This document shows, in pieces, positions 1-10,184 of a stretch of 64,000 nt of DNA. The position numbers and the translations under genes were made by a program. The stretch's first letter is position 1. Each line of letters opens with the position of its first letter. The stretch is from an uncultured virus (IMG/VR IMGVR_UViG_3300030095_005052). Its lineage: Duplodnaviria; Heunggongvirae; Uroviricota; Caudoviricetes. Under the pieces are notes generated by a model. That model saw nothing but the letters and a program-made list of their open reading frames with translations. It did no database searches and had not been told where the DNA came from. The stretch lies in IMG/VR virus record IMGVR_UViG_3300030095_005052; one strand, 5' to 3'.

Positions 1-109
1 TCGCAATCTGACAACCAATAATAGTCAGGGTCTCCGATCCCCCCGCAGTCAAAGCGGCGGCAAAAGATGTGCCTACGTCTGCCGAAACCATATGTAACGT
101 GTCTGCCAT
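1..109 (-). CDS. Small virion/tail protein, N-terminal part (truncated by the window edge)
   Basis: Encodes MADTLHMVSADVGTSFAAALTAGG..., identical to the start of 33993-34319. Confidence 0.85.
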   Translation of the reverse strand, partial: MADTLHMVSADVGTSFAAALTAGGSETLTIIGCQIA

Positions 110-110
110 T
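1..110. repeat. Direct repeat of 34211-34320 (79 bp exact, then 3 synonymous mismatches in 110 bp)
   Basis: Direct base comparison. Confidence 0.97.
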
Positions 111-113
111 TTG

Positions 114-578
114 TTAGCCTCCTAATGCTAAAACTGTTCCAACGGATACGCCATCAGCTACTGCGTTACCTGTCGGACTTAATAATTGAAATGCATCGTC
201 TGACGCTGAATAGATAACCTCTACATATTGATGTTGCTCAATATCCCCCGAAGCTAATGCAACATCGTGATTTTTCTTTATTGCCTTTGCGCCAACTGAA
301 TCCACATTCAAAGTTACGCTAGAAGTGTTTGCAAAATTTGCATGAAATCCTACACGAAGCCCGTCATAATAAGCTGACAAAGTTCTATTTGCCGCCACAA
401 CATAAGCATTACTTGAACCTGACGAATTTACGTTACCTTCAACAGAGTCTTTTAAACCTCTTGCAAGTATACCTTCTAAAGCCCTTGCGCCATTATTGAC
501 TGCGCTAGGGTTCATGTTTTCTGGAAACCTTGCAGTGTTACTATCATCCGTTGTGTTTAAATCGTTGAGTTCTGCCAT
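114..578 (-). CDS. Tail fibre attachment/adaptor-like virion protein
   Basis: Homologous to 34324-34800 (same C-terminus GTVLALGG); lies between the ejection and fibre genes. Confidence 0.6.
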   Translation of the reverse strand: MAELNDLNTTDDSNTARFPENMNPSAVNNGARALEGILARGLKDSVEGNVNSSGSSNAYVVAANRTLSAYYDGLRVGFHANFANTSSVTLNVDSVGAKAIKKNHDVALASGDIEQHQYVEVIYSASDDAFQLLSPTGNAVADGVSVGTVLALGG

Positions 579-2566
579 TACTTTTTCCTTATATTAAAAA
601 AGGGTGCGACTTCGGGCGATAATCTCTCTGCCGCTTGTCCACCGCCATAAATTCCTAAACCACTTGGGAGAGCCGCTGACGGTAGTCTGCCAGCTTGTCG
701 CAATCTTGGGGCATTACTGATTATTCTTAATGCCTCTGCTCTTGCTTGTGGATTTGGATTTAACAAATACCTACTTAAATGTTTGGCAACCGCTTCTGGC
801 GGTGGCTTGGCTTTGTCAATAAATTGACTGAGAAGAGGAATTGGATTGCCAGAAAATACATTCATTGCATCGCCAATGCCATCAGCCGCCTTTTTGAAAG
901 TTTCGTCATCTTTGCTGATTAAGCCTGTTCGCGACCCGACATTTATGCGTGAATACGTATCATGCATTTTTGCTTCATTTTTCATCGTTTGTTCAAAATT
1001 TGCGAATTTATTTTTATCACCCCAAATTTGCTCTAATCTTTGTCGGGCCAATTTGTTTCCAAATATCTTTTTCACAACGTCAGCACCATCTTGGGTACTT
1101 AAAATTTTATTTCTTAAAGCGTCAGCAACGCCAATTTTAAGAGCTTCTTTCTCATGTTCACCCATTTTATTTAGAACTTTTGAACTCACTTTTGTCGGGC
1201 TGGTTATAAACTTTCGTCCTACTTCAGCGGCTTCTTCTGCGGCGGCATAACCAGCGTAAACAGATCGAGCCTTTTTATACTCTGGAATAGCTTCGTCCAT
1301 TAAATCACGCAAATTGTTCCGTAGCTCTTTTGCTTTGCCAGCTTCTGTATTGGCCCCTTTGCGAGACAACCTATTTATTTTGTCATCCAAAGCCTGTTTC
1401 ATATAATCTAACGTTCTAACATCTGGTTTTGCAAAAACTGCTCCTTTGCCTGTTGCTTGAAAAGCATCTGGTAAATTAACGCCTTCATATTCTGCTAAAC
1501 CCCTTGCTTTTTCATAAACTTTTTGGAATTGTTTGTTTTGCAAAAGGTTTTTCATTCCTTCATTTAAAGGCATTTCTTTGGAGTAAACTTCTGCGTAATT
1601 TTTATTAGCGGTAAGGCGTCTTTGTTTTGTTGTTTCTTCAATAAAATCTTCTAAAGGGGTTTCTGATAAATTTTTATCAACGGAACCAGCAATACGATAA
1701 CCTTGGGCTTCTTGTCTTTGCCCTAATCTTTCAGCCGCTTCCTTCCCCCCAAAACGTGTGGCGGCATTTCTTGCGAGACCCTTTATTTCCTCGCCGCCAA
1801 CATCAGCAATCATTGCCTCTTCGGGCATTTTATCCATTGCTTTTTTTGCCGCATCCGCAGTTAAACCATCTTGTTCTGCCGCATTTCTCATCCATCCTTT
1901 TGCTTGAGATTCGGCTCCTTTTGGCAAAAGTCTTCCTACTGATTTTGCAATGCCACTACCCATTTTTGTAACAAGTGGGATTGCCGTGCCAGCCGCAAGA
2001 CCAGTTGTTGCGCCAATACCCGAACCAAGCCCTCTATTTTTTAAACCTTCTTCATCAAATCCACCCTCTGAGTATCCAGCACCAGAGGCCGCACCGAGAG
2101 GAATACCAACTTTCGAGCTATTAATCATCTTGCGGCCTAGTGTTTGCCCAGCTTTCAAAGCTCCAACACGAGCCGCTCCAAGCCCCCCCGTTGCTAAACC
2201 ACCGCCCATCTCCAAAGCAAAAGCTCTCTTGGGATATTGTTCCCGAAACTGTTCAATATTTTTTCTTTCAGCATCAATTCCCTGATCGATTGCTTTTTTC
2301 ATAGGAATATCACTTGTTAAACTATCGTATACGCCTCTTCCAGCACCAACAATCTCATCTGTTGACCCAAGTGACGCACCTTGACCAAACAAGCGCAAAT
2401 TATTTAAAAAAGTATCACTGTCTGAAATGACGTCCATACCAATATTTTCTTTAACCCAATCTGAGGTTATATTTTCCATTTTCAAATAAGAATTTATATC
2501 CTCGATACTCGCGCCCTTTTCGTCTAAAATATTTAAATTTTTTCGTATTCTTTCTACATCAGCCAT
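578..2566 (-). CDS. Large DNA ejection (internal virion) protein
   Basis: Gly/Ala-rich hydrophobic segment followed by a helical domain; last of three ejection genes; homolog of 34800-36749. Confidence 0.65.
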   Translation of the reverse strand: MADVERIRKNLNILDEKGASIEDINSYLKMENITSDWVKENIGMDVISDSDTFLNNLRLFGQGASLGSTDEIVGAGRGVYDSLTSDIPMKKAIDQGIDAERKNIEQFREQYPKRAFALEMGGGLATGGLGAARVGALKAGQTLGRKMINSSKVGIPLGAASGAGYSEGGFDEEGLKNRGLGSGIGATTGLAAGTAIPLVTKMGSGIAKSVGRLLPKGAESQAKGWMRNAAEQDGLTADAAKKAMDKMPEEAMIADVGGEEIKGLARNAATRFGGKEAAERLGQRQEAQGYRIAGSVDKNLSETPLEDFIEETTKQRRLTANKNYAEVYSKEMPLNEGMKNLLQNKQFQKVYEKARGLAEYEGVNLPDAFQATGKGAVFAKPDVRTLDYMKQALDDKINRLSRKGANTEAGKAKELRNNLRDLMDEAIPEYKKARSVYAGYAAAEEAAEVGRKFITSPTKVSSKVLNKMGEHEKEALKIGVADALRNKILSTQDGADVVKKIFGNKLARQRLEQIWGDKNKFANFEQTMKNEAKMHDTYSRINVGSRTGLISKDDETFKKAADGIGDAMNVFSGNPIPLLSQFIDKAKPPPEAVAKHLSRYLLNPNPQARAEALRIISNAPRLRQAGRLPSAALPSGLGIYGGGQAAERLSPEVAPFFNIRKK

Positions 2567-2579
2567 CTAAAAACCCTTT

Positions 2580-3647
2580 TCAGTTTCCCAAATCTAATTT
2601 GTATTTTTCCACAACATTATTTTGTTTTTTCGGCTGTTGTGGATTTGTGGGTGTAATTGGATTTAAATATTTTTTATACATTTCAGAGCCAGCATAAACA
2701 CGCGACCACGGTACATTATTTCTTTGGGCTAACATTTTTTGGTAATTAATTTGTGTATTTGCATTATCGTAAACGGTGCGACCTAAACTATTTGAAGTTT
2801 CTGCCATTCGGTCTCGGAGTTCAGGGGTTAACAAATCTCCCGCTTTAACATTCTTTGCCAGTAATTTGAGACGGCCGTACAGAGGACTAGCTTTTGCCTG
2901 TAAAGCAACGTCCTCGCCGCGAACAACGCCTTCATCAATTAATCGTTGATACGAGTTAATTGCGGCTAAATCTGCCGTACCATTCTGTAAAAGAACCGCT
3001 CGATTTACTTTGTCAATTTTTACTATTGTTTCATTCAGAGCATTTATAGTAGGTTTTAAGCGGTTTCGAGCGTCTTTTATTAAATCATTATCCATTTTTC
3101 GAAAACTTTCGAATAACTTTGGAATTTGATCAACATTGGTTGTACTGGCTAAATTTAAGGCGTTTGTTCGATCAGGAGTCATAACAAACCCAAACTTGCC
3201 AACTTTCGCGTCTTGTATCGGTGGAACTGGGACAGAGACCGTTGATCCATCTGTCTGCGGTACACTTGCACCAGTTGGAGTCATAGAAAACATATTTTGT
3301 AATTTTGAGAGGTTTTCATTTTCCCTTTTTAACGCTTCCATCTCCAATTTTGTTTTTTCTGCATTTAATTTATTAGCTTGCATTGTCTGTTGTAACTGCA
3401 TTGCTTCTAACAACTGTTTTCGGTACTGATTTTGTCCTCCACCTAGAGCCTTGCCCAAACCCCCAATAGCTTGCCCTCTCATTCTCTGAGCATAACTTGG
3501 GTCTGTTGTCGGTGCGCCAGCTTGAATCATTTTACCCCCGAACTCAGTTAATCCAGAGAATAGGTTGCCTAAATAATGTTGTTTTGGATTTTGCAAAGCT
3601 GGGAACAAACTCGCCATGTTTTGAGGACTGAAATAATTGTTAGCCAA
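2580..3647 (-). CDS. DNA ejection protein (likely TTG start at 3647 after GGAGG)
   Basis: C-terminal GTADLAAINSYQRLIDEGVVRGED domain shared with 36746-37939. Confidence 0.6.
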   Translation of the reverse strand: MANNYFSPQNMASLFPALQNPKQHYLGNLFSGLTEFGGKMIQAGAPTTDPSYAQRMRGQAIGGLGKALGGGQNQYRKQLLEAMQLQQTMQANKLNAEKTKLEMEALKRENENLSKLQNMFSMTPTGASVPQTDGSTVSVPVPPIQDAKVGKFGFVMTPDRTNALNLASTTNVDQIPKLFESFRKMDNDLIKDARNRLKPTINALNETIVKIDKVNRAVLLQNGTADLAAINSYQRLIDEGVVRGEDVALQAKASPLYGRLKLLAKNVKAGDLLTPELRDRMAETSNSLGRTVYDNANTQINYQKMLAQRNNVPWSRVYAGSEMYKKYLNPITPTNPQQPKKQNNVVEKYKLDLGN

Positions 3648-4533
3648 AGAAACCTCCCTTGCCAAATGCGCCAAATGGCCCTAGCAACCCGCCAGCCGCG
3701 CCAGCTAAACTTGCTATGTTGCCTATTGTGTTTGAAGTGCTGTCTTGATAAATTGGTGTGCTTGTTGTTTGTGTCCCACCATATTGACCGCCAGCAACCA
3801 ATGCCATGTAATCTGCAAGAGCTTGCTTCTCTGCATTTTGATTAAAATTGAAACGATCCATATCTTCCTGTAACTGTGCCGCAGCTTGGCCCTCTTCCGC
3901 TTGTCCAACGGACATAAGCTGACCAGCGTCAACGTAATCTTGTTGCGCCATTTGAGGGGCAAGTTGAGCGGCTTGTATTTGCCGACCTCTTTCTGTGTCA
4001 TAGCCCTGTCGTTGCATCCCGTAATCACTGAACGCCATGTTAGTTGCTACATCACTTAATTGATCTGCCAAATTTTGTTGGGCTAAACTTTGAGATTGCG
4101 CTTGCAACCCACTTCCATATCTACCACCAGCAGAAAATCTAGCATCAATCGAAGGCTCTACAACACTCTCGTAATTTCTTTTTATGCCACTACTAGCCGC
4201 ATCAATCGCACTTGATAAGTAAGGATTATCTTGCTGAAGAAAAGGATTGGCTTTTAGCATATCACCGCTAGCGGCACTTTGTATTGTATTCTGCCCTATT
4301 TGCGTTAAGGGGCTTCCAGCCCTTGCCCTATTCTCAATAAGGTCTAATGCATCAGACGTTTGATTTGAGAATGGAACAACAGTTGAGTTTGGAAAAAATT
4401 CTGGCGGTTTGTTTAAAACAAGGTCTTCAGCTTTTTGGAATCCTGTCTCCAAGAATGGCTGTTGCCCACTCCACGGATCATTTGTTTGCGTAACAACTTG
4501 TGTTGCGGCTGGTGTTGGTTTTGAACTTTTCAT
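3640..4533 (-). CDS. Small DNA ejection/pilot protein
   Basis: Gln-rich body with a Gly-rich hydrophobic C-terminus; homolog of 37939-38820. Confidence 0.65.
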   Translation of the reverse strand: MKSSKPTPAATQVVTQTNDPWSGQQPFLETGFQKAEDLVLNKPPEFFPNSTVVPFSNQTSDALDLIENRARAGSPLTQIGQNTIQSAASGDMLKANPFLQQDNPYLSSAIDAASSGIKRNYESVVEPSIDARFSAGGRYGSGLQAQSQSLAQQNLADQLSDVATNMAFSDYGMQRQGYDTERGRQIQAAQLAPQMAQQDYVDAGQLMSVGQAEEGQAAAQLQEDMDRFNFNQNAEKQALADYMALVAGGQYGGTQTTSTPIYQDSTSNTIGNIASLAGAAGGLLGPFGAFGKGGFFG

Positions 4534-4955
4534 AACATCTTCCTAAAAATAGTCTCGTTTCCATCATTTCCAGTAATTTTATAATCTAGGTATTTTTTCC
4601 AACCTTTGCGGCCTACCAACTCAATGGCAAAACACTCCTTGCTTTTTGCCCAATCTTCTATCGTTTTTATATGCCGAATCCATCTTGCGATATTGTTTCC
4701 AGCGCACATTAAAATTGAACACAACACACCATCTGGCTCCATTGAAATAGTTTGGGTTACGCAACAAGCGCGAACTTCTTCATCCCAAGCAATCCAAAGC
4801 TGATACTGCCTATTCTTTAATCCTTCATAAATTTCATTGGTTGTCTTGTCTGCGCCTTTATCTACAACGCGGTCTATAAACTTTGATGCTTGAGGCCAAA
4901 CTTCATCAATCTTTTCACTTTGAACGCCCCAAAGATAAGTCATTTTATTTTTCAA
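4530..4955 (-). CDS. GNAT-fold virion assembly protein (P22 gp14/T7 gp13 position)
   Basis: IEDWAKSKECFAIELVGRKGW motif; sits directly upstream of the ejection genes. Confidence 0.6.
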   Translation of the reverse strand: MKNKMTYLWGVQSEKIDEVWPQASKFIDRVVDKGADKTTNEIYEGLKNRQYQLWIAWDEEVRACCVTQTISMEPDGVLCSILMCAGNNIARWIRHIKTIEDWAKSKECFAIELVGRKGWKKYLDYKITGNDGNETIFRKML

Positions 4956-4973
4956 CTAATAATTTTATTTAGT

Positions 4974-6335
4974 TTACCCATAACTGTCTTCATCGCCATA
5001 AGAAGTCCCTTCCGAAAACCCTCCAGAATCATCATAGCCCATGCCCCCATCTTCTATTGCTTGAGCCATTGCCGCTACATATGCCGCTTGATTAGCGTCC
5101 ATACCCTGTGAGCTTGCGTCGGTTAATTGACCAGCCGTAAAATTACCAAAGCCAGTATTAACCCCTGTATTCCTTGGTGCGCTCGCAAGAGTATTGTAAT
5201 TATTTAAACCGCCTGTTTGATAAAAACTGCCGCCAGCCGCGTCCATATCACCAAATAAAGTACCACTTGGAGTCAGTGTCATGTCACCAGTAAGATTATT
5301 CCCAATGCCAACATCGTGATATGCACCCATGCCGTTAAGTATTGCACCAAGCATAGATAGTGGCCCTACACTTGGAACCAATGCAGAGCCAAGTGCCAAT
5401 GCTCCAGCACCGATTTTCCCACCTGTTGATATATCTGGATCACTTATAACATCATATGCAGATGCAGTTGGCCCACCTTTCATCATTCCTACAGCCATTG
5501 AACGAGGGGAATAATCGACCAAAGTATTATTTGAAGCCTGATACATATTAGCTGGGTCACGATTATATTCTGGGCTGAACATACTCGTAAAATTAGGCAT
5601 CGAAAAACCAGAAAATAAATTACTGCTTGTTTGAGGGGTCAAATTGTTTTGCTCACCAGTAGGCGCATTTGGTTGATTTGGCTGTGCTGTATTATACGGC
5701 CCGAAATACCCCCCCCTGTTTGCTAAATCTGCCAATGCCTCTTTTTCGTTAAATACCCCAACCCTGTTAGGGTCAGTGCCTTCGGGATAGGCCGCAAGTG
5801 CGCCAGACTCATTAGCTGTTGAGTTTGAATTGTTTGCTACAGGCGACTCATAAAAACTTGTCAAATCATAATTAGGAGGTGACTCATAGAAACTTGTCAG
5901 ATCATAATTAGAAGGATCAGATATACGACTTGGCCCCATGCCCGTGCCATATGTAAAACCCTCGCCCACTCTTGCATCTCTATTTTCAACCTCATATGGA
6001 AAGGCTGAATCTGTATTTACCATACCCATTAAAGTTTGAGTTAAAGGATTATTAGGATTCTCTAATGCCGAAAACATTGGCTGGTCTATTGGGGCTTGCA
6101 TCGTTGTAAAATATACATTGTCTTTATCATAAGAATAAGGGTTAATCGAAGCACCCATTCCCCCCCTTGTTTCTTGTTCGTATAATTGGGAACGCTGGCT
6201 AGGCGTTAAATTATTATTAAACATTGAGTTTGTAGGCATTGTACTCGGCACAACAGGAGTTTTTACTTTATTTTTATTATCAAGTGTTCTTCCTAATAAA
6301 TTAAATAACGTTGTTGCAAAATCACCACTAACCAT
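4974..6335 (-). CDS. Low-complexity virion-associated protein with a hydrophobic hairpin
   Basis: Asn/Ser/Gly-rich; KGGP...GAYHD segment shared with 44970-46385; start refined to MVSGDF. Confidence 0.55.
   Translation of the reverse strand: MVSGDFATTLFNLLGRTLDNKNKVKTPVVPSTMPTNSMFNNNLTPSQRSQLYEQETRGGMGASINPYSYDKDNVYFTTMQAPIDQPMFSALENPNNPLTQTLMGMVNTDSAFPYEVENRDARVGEGFTYGTGMGPSRISDPSNYDLTSFYESPPNYDLTSFYESPVANNSNSTANESGALAAYPEGTDPNRVGVFNEKEALADLANRGGYFGPYNTAQPNQPNAPTGEQNNLTPQTSSNLFSGFSMPNFTSMFSPEYNRDPANMYQASNNTLVDYSPRSMAVGMMKGGPTASAYDVISDPDISTGGKIGAGALALGSALVPSVGPLSMLGAILNGMGAYHDVGIGNNLTGDMTLTPSGTLFGDMDAAGGSFYQTGGLNNYNTLASAPRNTGVNTGFGNFTAGQLTDASSQGMDANQAAYVAAMAQAIEDGGMGYDDSGGFSEGTSYGDEDSYG
5845..5916. 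repeat. Imperfect 36-bp tandem duplication encoding NYDLTSFYESP twice
   Basis: Seen in both DNA and protein. Confidence 0.85.
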
Positions 6336-6657
6336 GAAATGTAATCCTAAAAATTTTATCTGCGTTTGAATTGTTTGCGTGGGCAATAATTACTGTGCCG
6401 TTAACTCTGTTTGATTCTGATACGTACATTGTGTCAATTATAGCCGCCGCATTTGCTGTTGTCGGAGACCAATGCAAAGCAGTTTCTAATCCAATTCTTG
6501 CATCATTAAAGGTTGTAGATGAAGTATTTGCGGCTAACGTCCACAATGTTGTATTATTCAATTTGCCTTGCATAACTCTGCGGGAAAATTCCAACACATC
6601 TCGCAAAAATAACGGAACATTTGACGTTGATGCGGTTATGCCAGAAAATTCGCTCAT
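6328..6657 (-). CDS. Small tail protein
   Basis: Homolog of 39247-39573; follows the nozzle gene. Confidence 0.6.
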   Translation of the reverse strand: MSEFSGITASTSNVPLFLRDVLEFSRRVMQGKLNNTTLWTLAANTSSTTFNDARIGLETALHWSPTTANAAAIIDTMYVSESNRVNGTVIIAHANNSNADKIFRITFHG

Positions 6658-8144
6658 GCACTACCATCCGCTTGTATATCGGCGTCCACTCCTTGTGCGT
6701 GTGTCCATGTGGAACTTGCCGCAATATTTACTTGCGCCCTAGCGTAACGGGACGATGTTGTAAAATGCGCTTGCCCATCCGCGTCAATACTTGCTGGAGA
6801 CCCAGTGGTAATTGAGCCACCCACGTCATCTCTTGTCTTCAGAGCTACAGTAACATGATCATTATTGGAAACGTCTACATAGGGCCGTACAGCGTCTATA
6901 AGAACTCTTTCACCGCCACCAATCTCTTGACTTTCAATTGTTGCCGCTAAGTTGGCCCCTGAGAATTGTCCGTTTTTCTTATCCGTATCAAATGCCGATA
7001 AAACTTCCTTACCACCCGTCCAAATCCTTGAATCAAGCGAATAAGGTAATGCATCAAGATTGCCGACATCATCCAGACCTTCCAACGTGTATCCTTGTGT
7101 TAAATCTGAAAACAAAACTTGTGCATTAAATTCAGCTTCCGACCACTCGTTTAATGACCAATTATAAATTAAAGCTCTTTGTGCGTTGGTTGTTGAACCA
7201 GATGGATAAATCCACATAACAACTTTATTCACAGGATCGCTTGCCCCCCAGACTAAATGCGGAAAATCATCTGTGTATCTGGAGAAGAATGTTTTATCAA
7301 CTTTCTGATCTCCAATTGGAATTGAGTCCTGACCATTAAATTGGAAGAAACCATCTCGACTTAAATAAAAACAAGAGTCTCCAATATTAACAACACTACG
7401 AGGCGCAATTGTGCCTCTCGCTCTTTCTACCTCATAAAACTCAAAGACAAGTGGTGGGCCAGAGTAAACAATTCGGTAAACTGCGTTGTCCATAAAAACA
7501 ACGCCATCTGTACCACCTACCGCACCCGTAATCGCTTGAACCCATCCCCCTGATGGCAAGTCCTGTCGGTCTGATTGTTTTGATGCCGCGTCAGTTGAAC
7601 CTATTGTGGGCCAATCTGTCGGGTCATTAATCGCAGACCACCAAACCCGATTAGCGACATTGCCATCAACTGCGTCCCAAGCATTGCCGACCATAATAAA
7701 ATCTTTAATTTGCGAGATATGCCTCGCCCTTGGAGCATCTGCGGATAAATCAGAAAATACACTCGATGTTCCCATTACATAATTTTGTATGTTTGTTGCA
7801 ACGCCGCAAACCCCGATAACTCTTTCACCGAATTTTGCAAATTGCCATGTATCATCATCTGCAACACTTGGTGTTGTTGAGCCTGTAACATCCGCATAAG
7901 TGGTTTGATTTAAAAGATACAGTTTACTTTTATCGCCAGCAAAGGAGTTAACTAAACCGCTACTATCTCTAAAAGCGGCGGCACCTTGGCAGTTGTTGTC
8001 AAGTGCATTAGTTAAAGGTGTCAATGTTCCTAATGGCGCATAACTATTTTTTGTTCGCGGTATAACATTTTTTGCAACAGTAGAGAAGGTTCCCCCAGCG
8101 TCTAAATCTGGTTGGTCAGGGGCAAACTCTCCAAACTGTATCAT
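6654..8144 (-). CDS. Tail nozzle/tubular protein B-like (beta-propeller)
   Basis: Propeller-like repeats; podovirus synteny; homolog of 39573-41033. Confidence 0.7.
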   Translation of the reverse strand: MIQFGEFAPDQPDLDAGGTFSTVAKNVIPRTKNSYAPLGTLTPLTNALDNNCQGAAAFRDSSGLVNSFAGDKSKLYLLNQTTYADVTGSTTPSVADDDTWQFAKFGERVIGVCGVATNIQNYVMGTSSVFSDLSADAPRARHISQIKDFIMVGNAWDAVDGNVANRVWWSAINDPTDWPTIGSTDAASKQSDRQDLPSGGWVQAITGAVGGTDGVVFMDNAVYRIVYSGPPLVFEFYEVERARGTIAPRSVVNIGDSCFYLSRDGFFQFNGQDSIPIGDQKVDKTFFSRYTDDFPHLVWGASDPVNKVVMWIYPSGSTTNAQRALIYNWSLNEWSEAEFNAQVLFSDLTQGYTLEGLDDVGNLDALPYSLDSRIWTGGKEVLSAFDTDKKNGQFSGANLAATIESQEIGGGERVLIDAVRPYVDVSNNDHVTVALKTRDDVGGSITTGSPASIDADGQAHFTTSSRYARAQVNIAASSTWTHAQGVDADIQADGSA

Positions 8145-8791
8145 AAATATGTATCCGTACTAATGTTAAATCGTCTTTCTCTTGCAAGGGTAGAATCGTG
8201 ACGCATATTGACACGGCCTTGAGTTTTAGAATTAAGCCTGTTTATTTCTTCAATAATTTCATCTCGTAATGGTTTATAAATTGCCATTCGCTTATCTGCT
8301 TGTCTTGCCGCCGCCGCTTCAAAACAACACGCATAAAGGTAAGCATCTGGATAATTTGTCATTAGCCAGTTTGTGCCATCAGACGTGAGGTTATTCGCTT
8401 TGTAATAAATGGATTTTAAACTATATGCTTGATCTGCTGGACGCTCAAATTCAAACACTGCCGCGCCTACTCTATAAAGTTTAGGTTGACCCGTGCTGGT
8501 TTGCCCCCAATGCACTAGGTCACGATCAGTTGCCATTGTAAATTGAGTTAAGTCTGATGCATAATACAAATCAATGTCTGATAAAAATCCAGAAGGCAAT
8601 GATGCAGTTGAGGCATCCGCGCTCAATGATACAATCGCAGTTGCTCTCATCTGATGGGTTCTCAAACGCCTGTTTAATACCGACTCCCCCCTTAAAACAT
8701 AGTCTGGGACTGCATTGGTAAATCCCGTGTCTGAACGCGAAAACTCTGATGCAATTGCTGATTTTAGGTTATCAAAATTTGCTAAAGCCAT
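8141..8791 (-). CDS. Head-tail adaptor (tail tubular protein A-like)
   Basis: NWLMTNYPDAYLY motif; homolog of 41035-41643. Confidence 0.7.
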   Translation of the reverse strand: MALANFDNLKSAIASEFSRSDTGFTNAVPDYVLRGESVLNRRLRTHQMRATAIVSLSADASTASLPSGFLSDIDLYYASDLTQFTMATDRDLVHWGQTSTGQPKLYRVGAAVFEFERPADQAYSLKSIYYKANNLTSDGTNWLMTNYPDAYLYACCFEAAAARQADKRMAIYKPLRDEIIEEINRLNSKTQGRVNMRHDSTLARERRFNISTDTYL

Positions 8792-8923
8792 CTATTTTTG
8801 CTTTGCAACTTTCTTTCCAGCTTCCTTGGGGCTGTCTTTCCAACCACTAGGAACCTTATCGTCATCTTCAAATAATTTAGCAACAACTTCATCTTTTTCT
8901 TTCTTATATTTCCATATCGGCAT
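8792..8923 (-). CDS. 43-aa charged peptide (MPIWKYKKEKDEVV...)
   Basis: ORF with GGAG RBS filling the gap between the coat terminator and the adaptor gene. Confidence 0.6.
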   Translation of the reverse strand: MPIWKYKKEKDEVVAKLFEDDDKVPSGWKDSPKEAGKKVAKQK

Positions 8924-8934
8924 TTTACTTCTCC

Positions 8935-8961
8935 AAAAAAAAAGGGGAGCCGAAGCCCCCC
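8935..8961 (-). terminator. Rho-independent terminator after the coat gene
   Basis: GGGGGGC-TTCG-GCTCCCC followed by a T run. Confidence 0.85.
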
Positions 8962-8969
8962 TAATTAAT

Positions 8970-10181
8970 TTAGTTCATGTGGATACGACACGCCAATTCT
9001 GGACGTATTGCTTTATATCCATATAGGACATCAATACGAGTTGGGAACGTATCAGCGGAAATGCTGTAGTCCCGAACAATACGCATTGAGATGCCATCAA
9101 GAGTTTCACGGGCGGCAAAATCAACACCTTGAGGCATGATTAAGTCAGCCGTTGCGAAAGCAAACGCATCTTTGTGATATGCGAGAGAAGTACCAAAGTC
9201 AGCACTTGCGCCAATATCAGTAGACGCATCACTCTCGTTTTTGTGAACTGCCGCATTATCGGCTGGTACAGCAGACACATTCTGTTTAGCACCAGTAGCA
9301 ACAATACTTGGGCTAATTGGAAGTGACGTTGCGCTGGTTCCAACATCCGATGTAATAACAAACGGCTGAAGCCCACCAGTGTCAACTTTAGTCTCAGGAT
9401 GCACACGATTAACACCAGCAATATAAACAATATCGCCTTTTTTAAATGTGCCAGCACCCGTATCCACTGTCATTGTTGCGCCAGACTGAGATGCCCCATT
9501 AATTAAGTAATCGCCAGTACCATCGTCAGTTCCAGTTGTGTGGGATGGGATTAAGGTGTTCTCCATAATGTTAGAGAAACCAAAAGTGTTAGACGCAACA
9601 CGGCCTTCACGATAGTTCTTTGAGACATTTGACTGATCATTGAATAGACCCTTTAACGCATCAACTAAATCTACGTTATCAGTTGTATTCAAGTTTAGGC
9701 AACGCCCGTCATAAGGAGCTAAACTATCTGTTAGCACCTTGTTTGCGCTTTGAACATCGCCAGTGGTAACACTTGCACCCACGTCTGTAACATGGTTGAA
9801 AACGTCTTTATACATTGACAACGCATCAGCCTCAATATTTGCCGCTAGGACACTCATTGCTGGCTGTAGAAAACGCTCTGAAAAGTCATCAATATCAAGT
9901 GTCAAATCATCAGAGGTGAAAGTTGTATCAACACCCTTTTGAGTTGCAACTTGTAAGCTGACAGAGCTTTCAGTTACGTCTTGAGATGACAGTGCCGCGC
10001 CTGTGCGAACTGTGTATTGGTTTGGCAATCTGATAGAAAGACTGTCACCAATCTTTGCGCCTGACTTTGCAAACCGTGAATCATATTGACGATTAATCGT
10101 CCCTACGAAGTTTAGTTTTTGATGCAGAACACGTAATGCCTCTCGTGTCACCGCGGTAGGAGTTAATAAGGAGTTAGCCAT
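8970..10181 (-). CDS. Major capsid protein, P22 gp5 coat family
   Basis: MANSLLTPTAVTREALRVLH...KIGDSLSIRLP...RIDVLYG motifs. Confidence 0.9.
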   Translation of the reverse strand: MANSLLTPTAVTREALRVLHQKLNFVGTINRQYDSRFAKSGAKIGDSLSIRLPNQYTVRTGAALSSQDVTESSVSLQVATQKGVDTTFTSDDLTLDIDDFSERFLQPAMSVLAANIEADALSMYKDVFNHVTDVGASVTTGDVQSANKVLTDSLAPYDGRCLNLNTTDNVDLVDALKGLFNDQSNVSKNYREGRVASNTFGFSNIMENTLIPSHTTGTDDGTGDYLINGASQSGATMTVDTGAGTFKKGDIVYIAGVNRVHPETKVDTGGLQPFVITSDVGTSATSLPISPSIVATGAKQNVSAVPADNAAVHKNESDASTDIGASADFGTSLAYHKDAFAFATADLIMPQGVDFAARETLDGISMRIVRDYSISADTFPTRIDVLYGYKAIRPELACRIHMN

Positions 10182-10184
10182 AGT

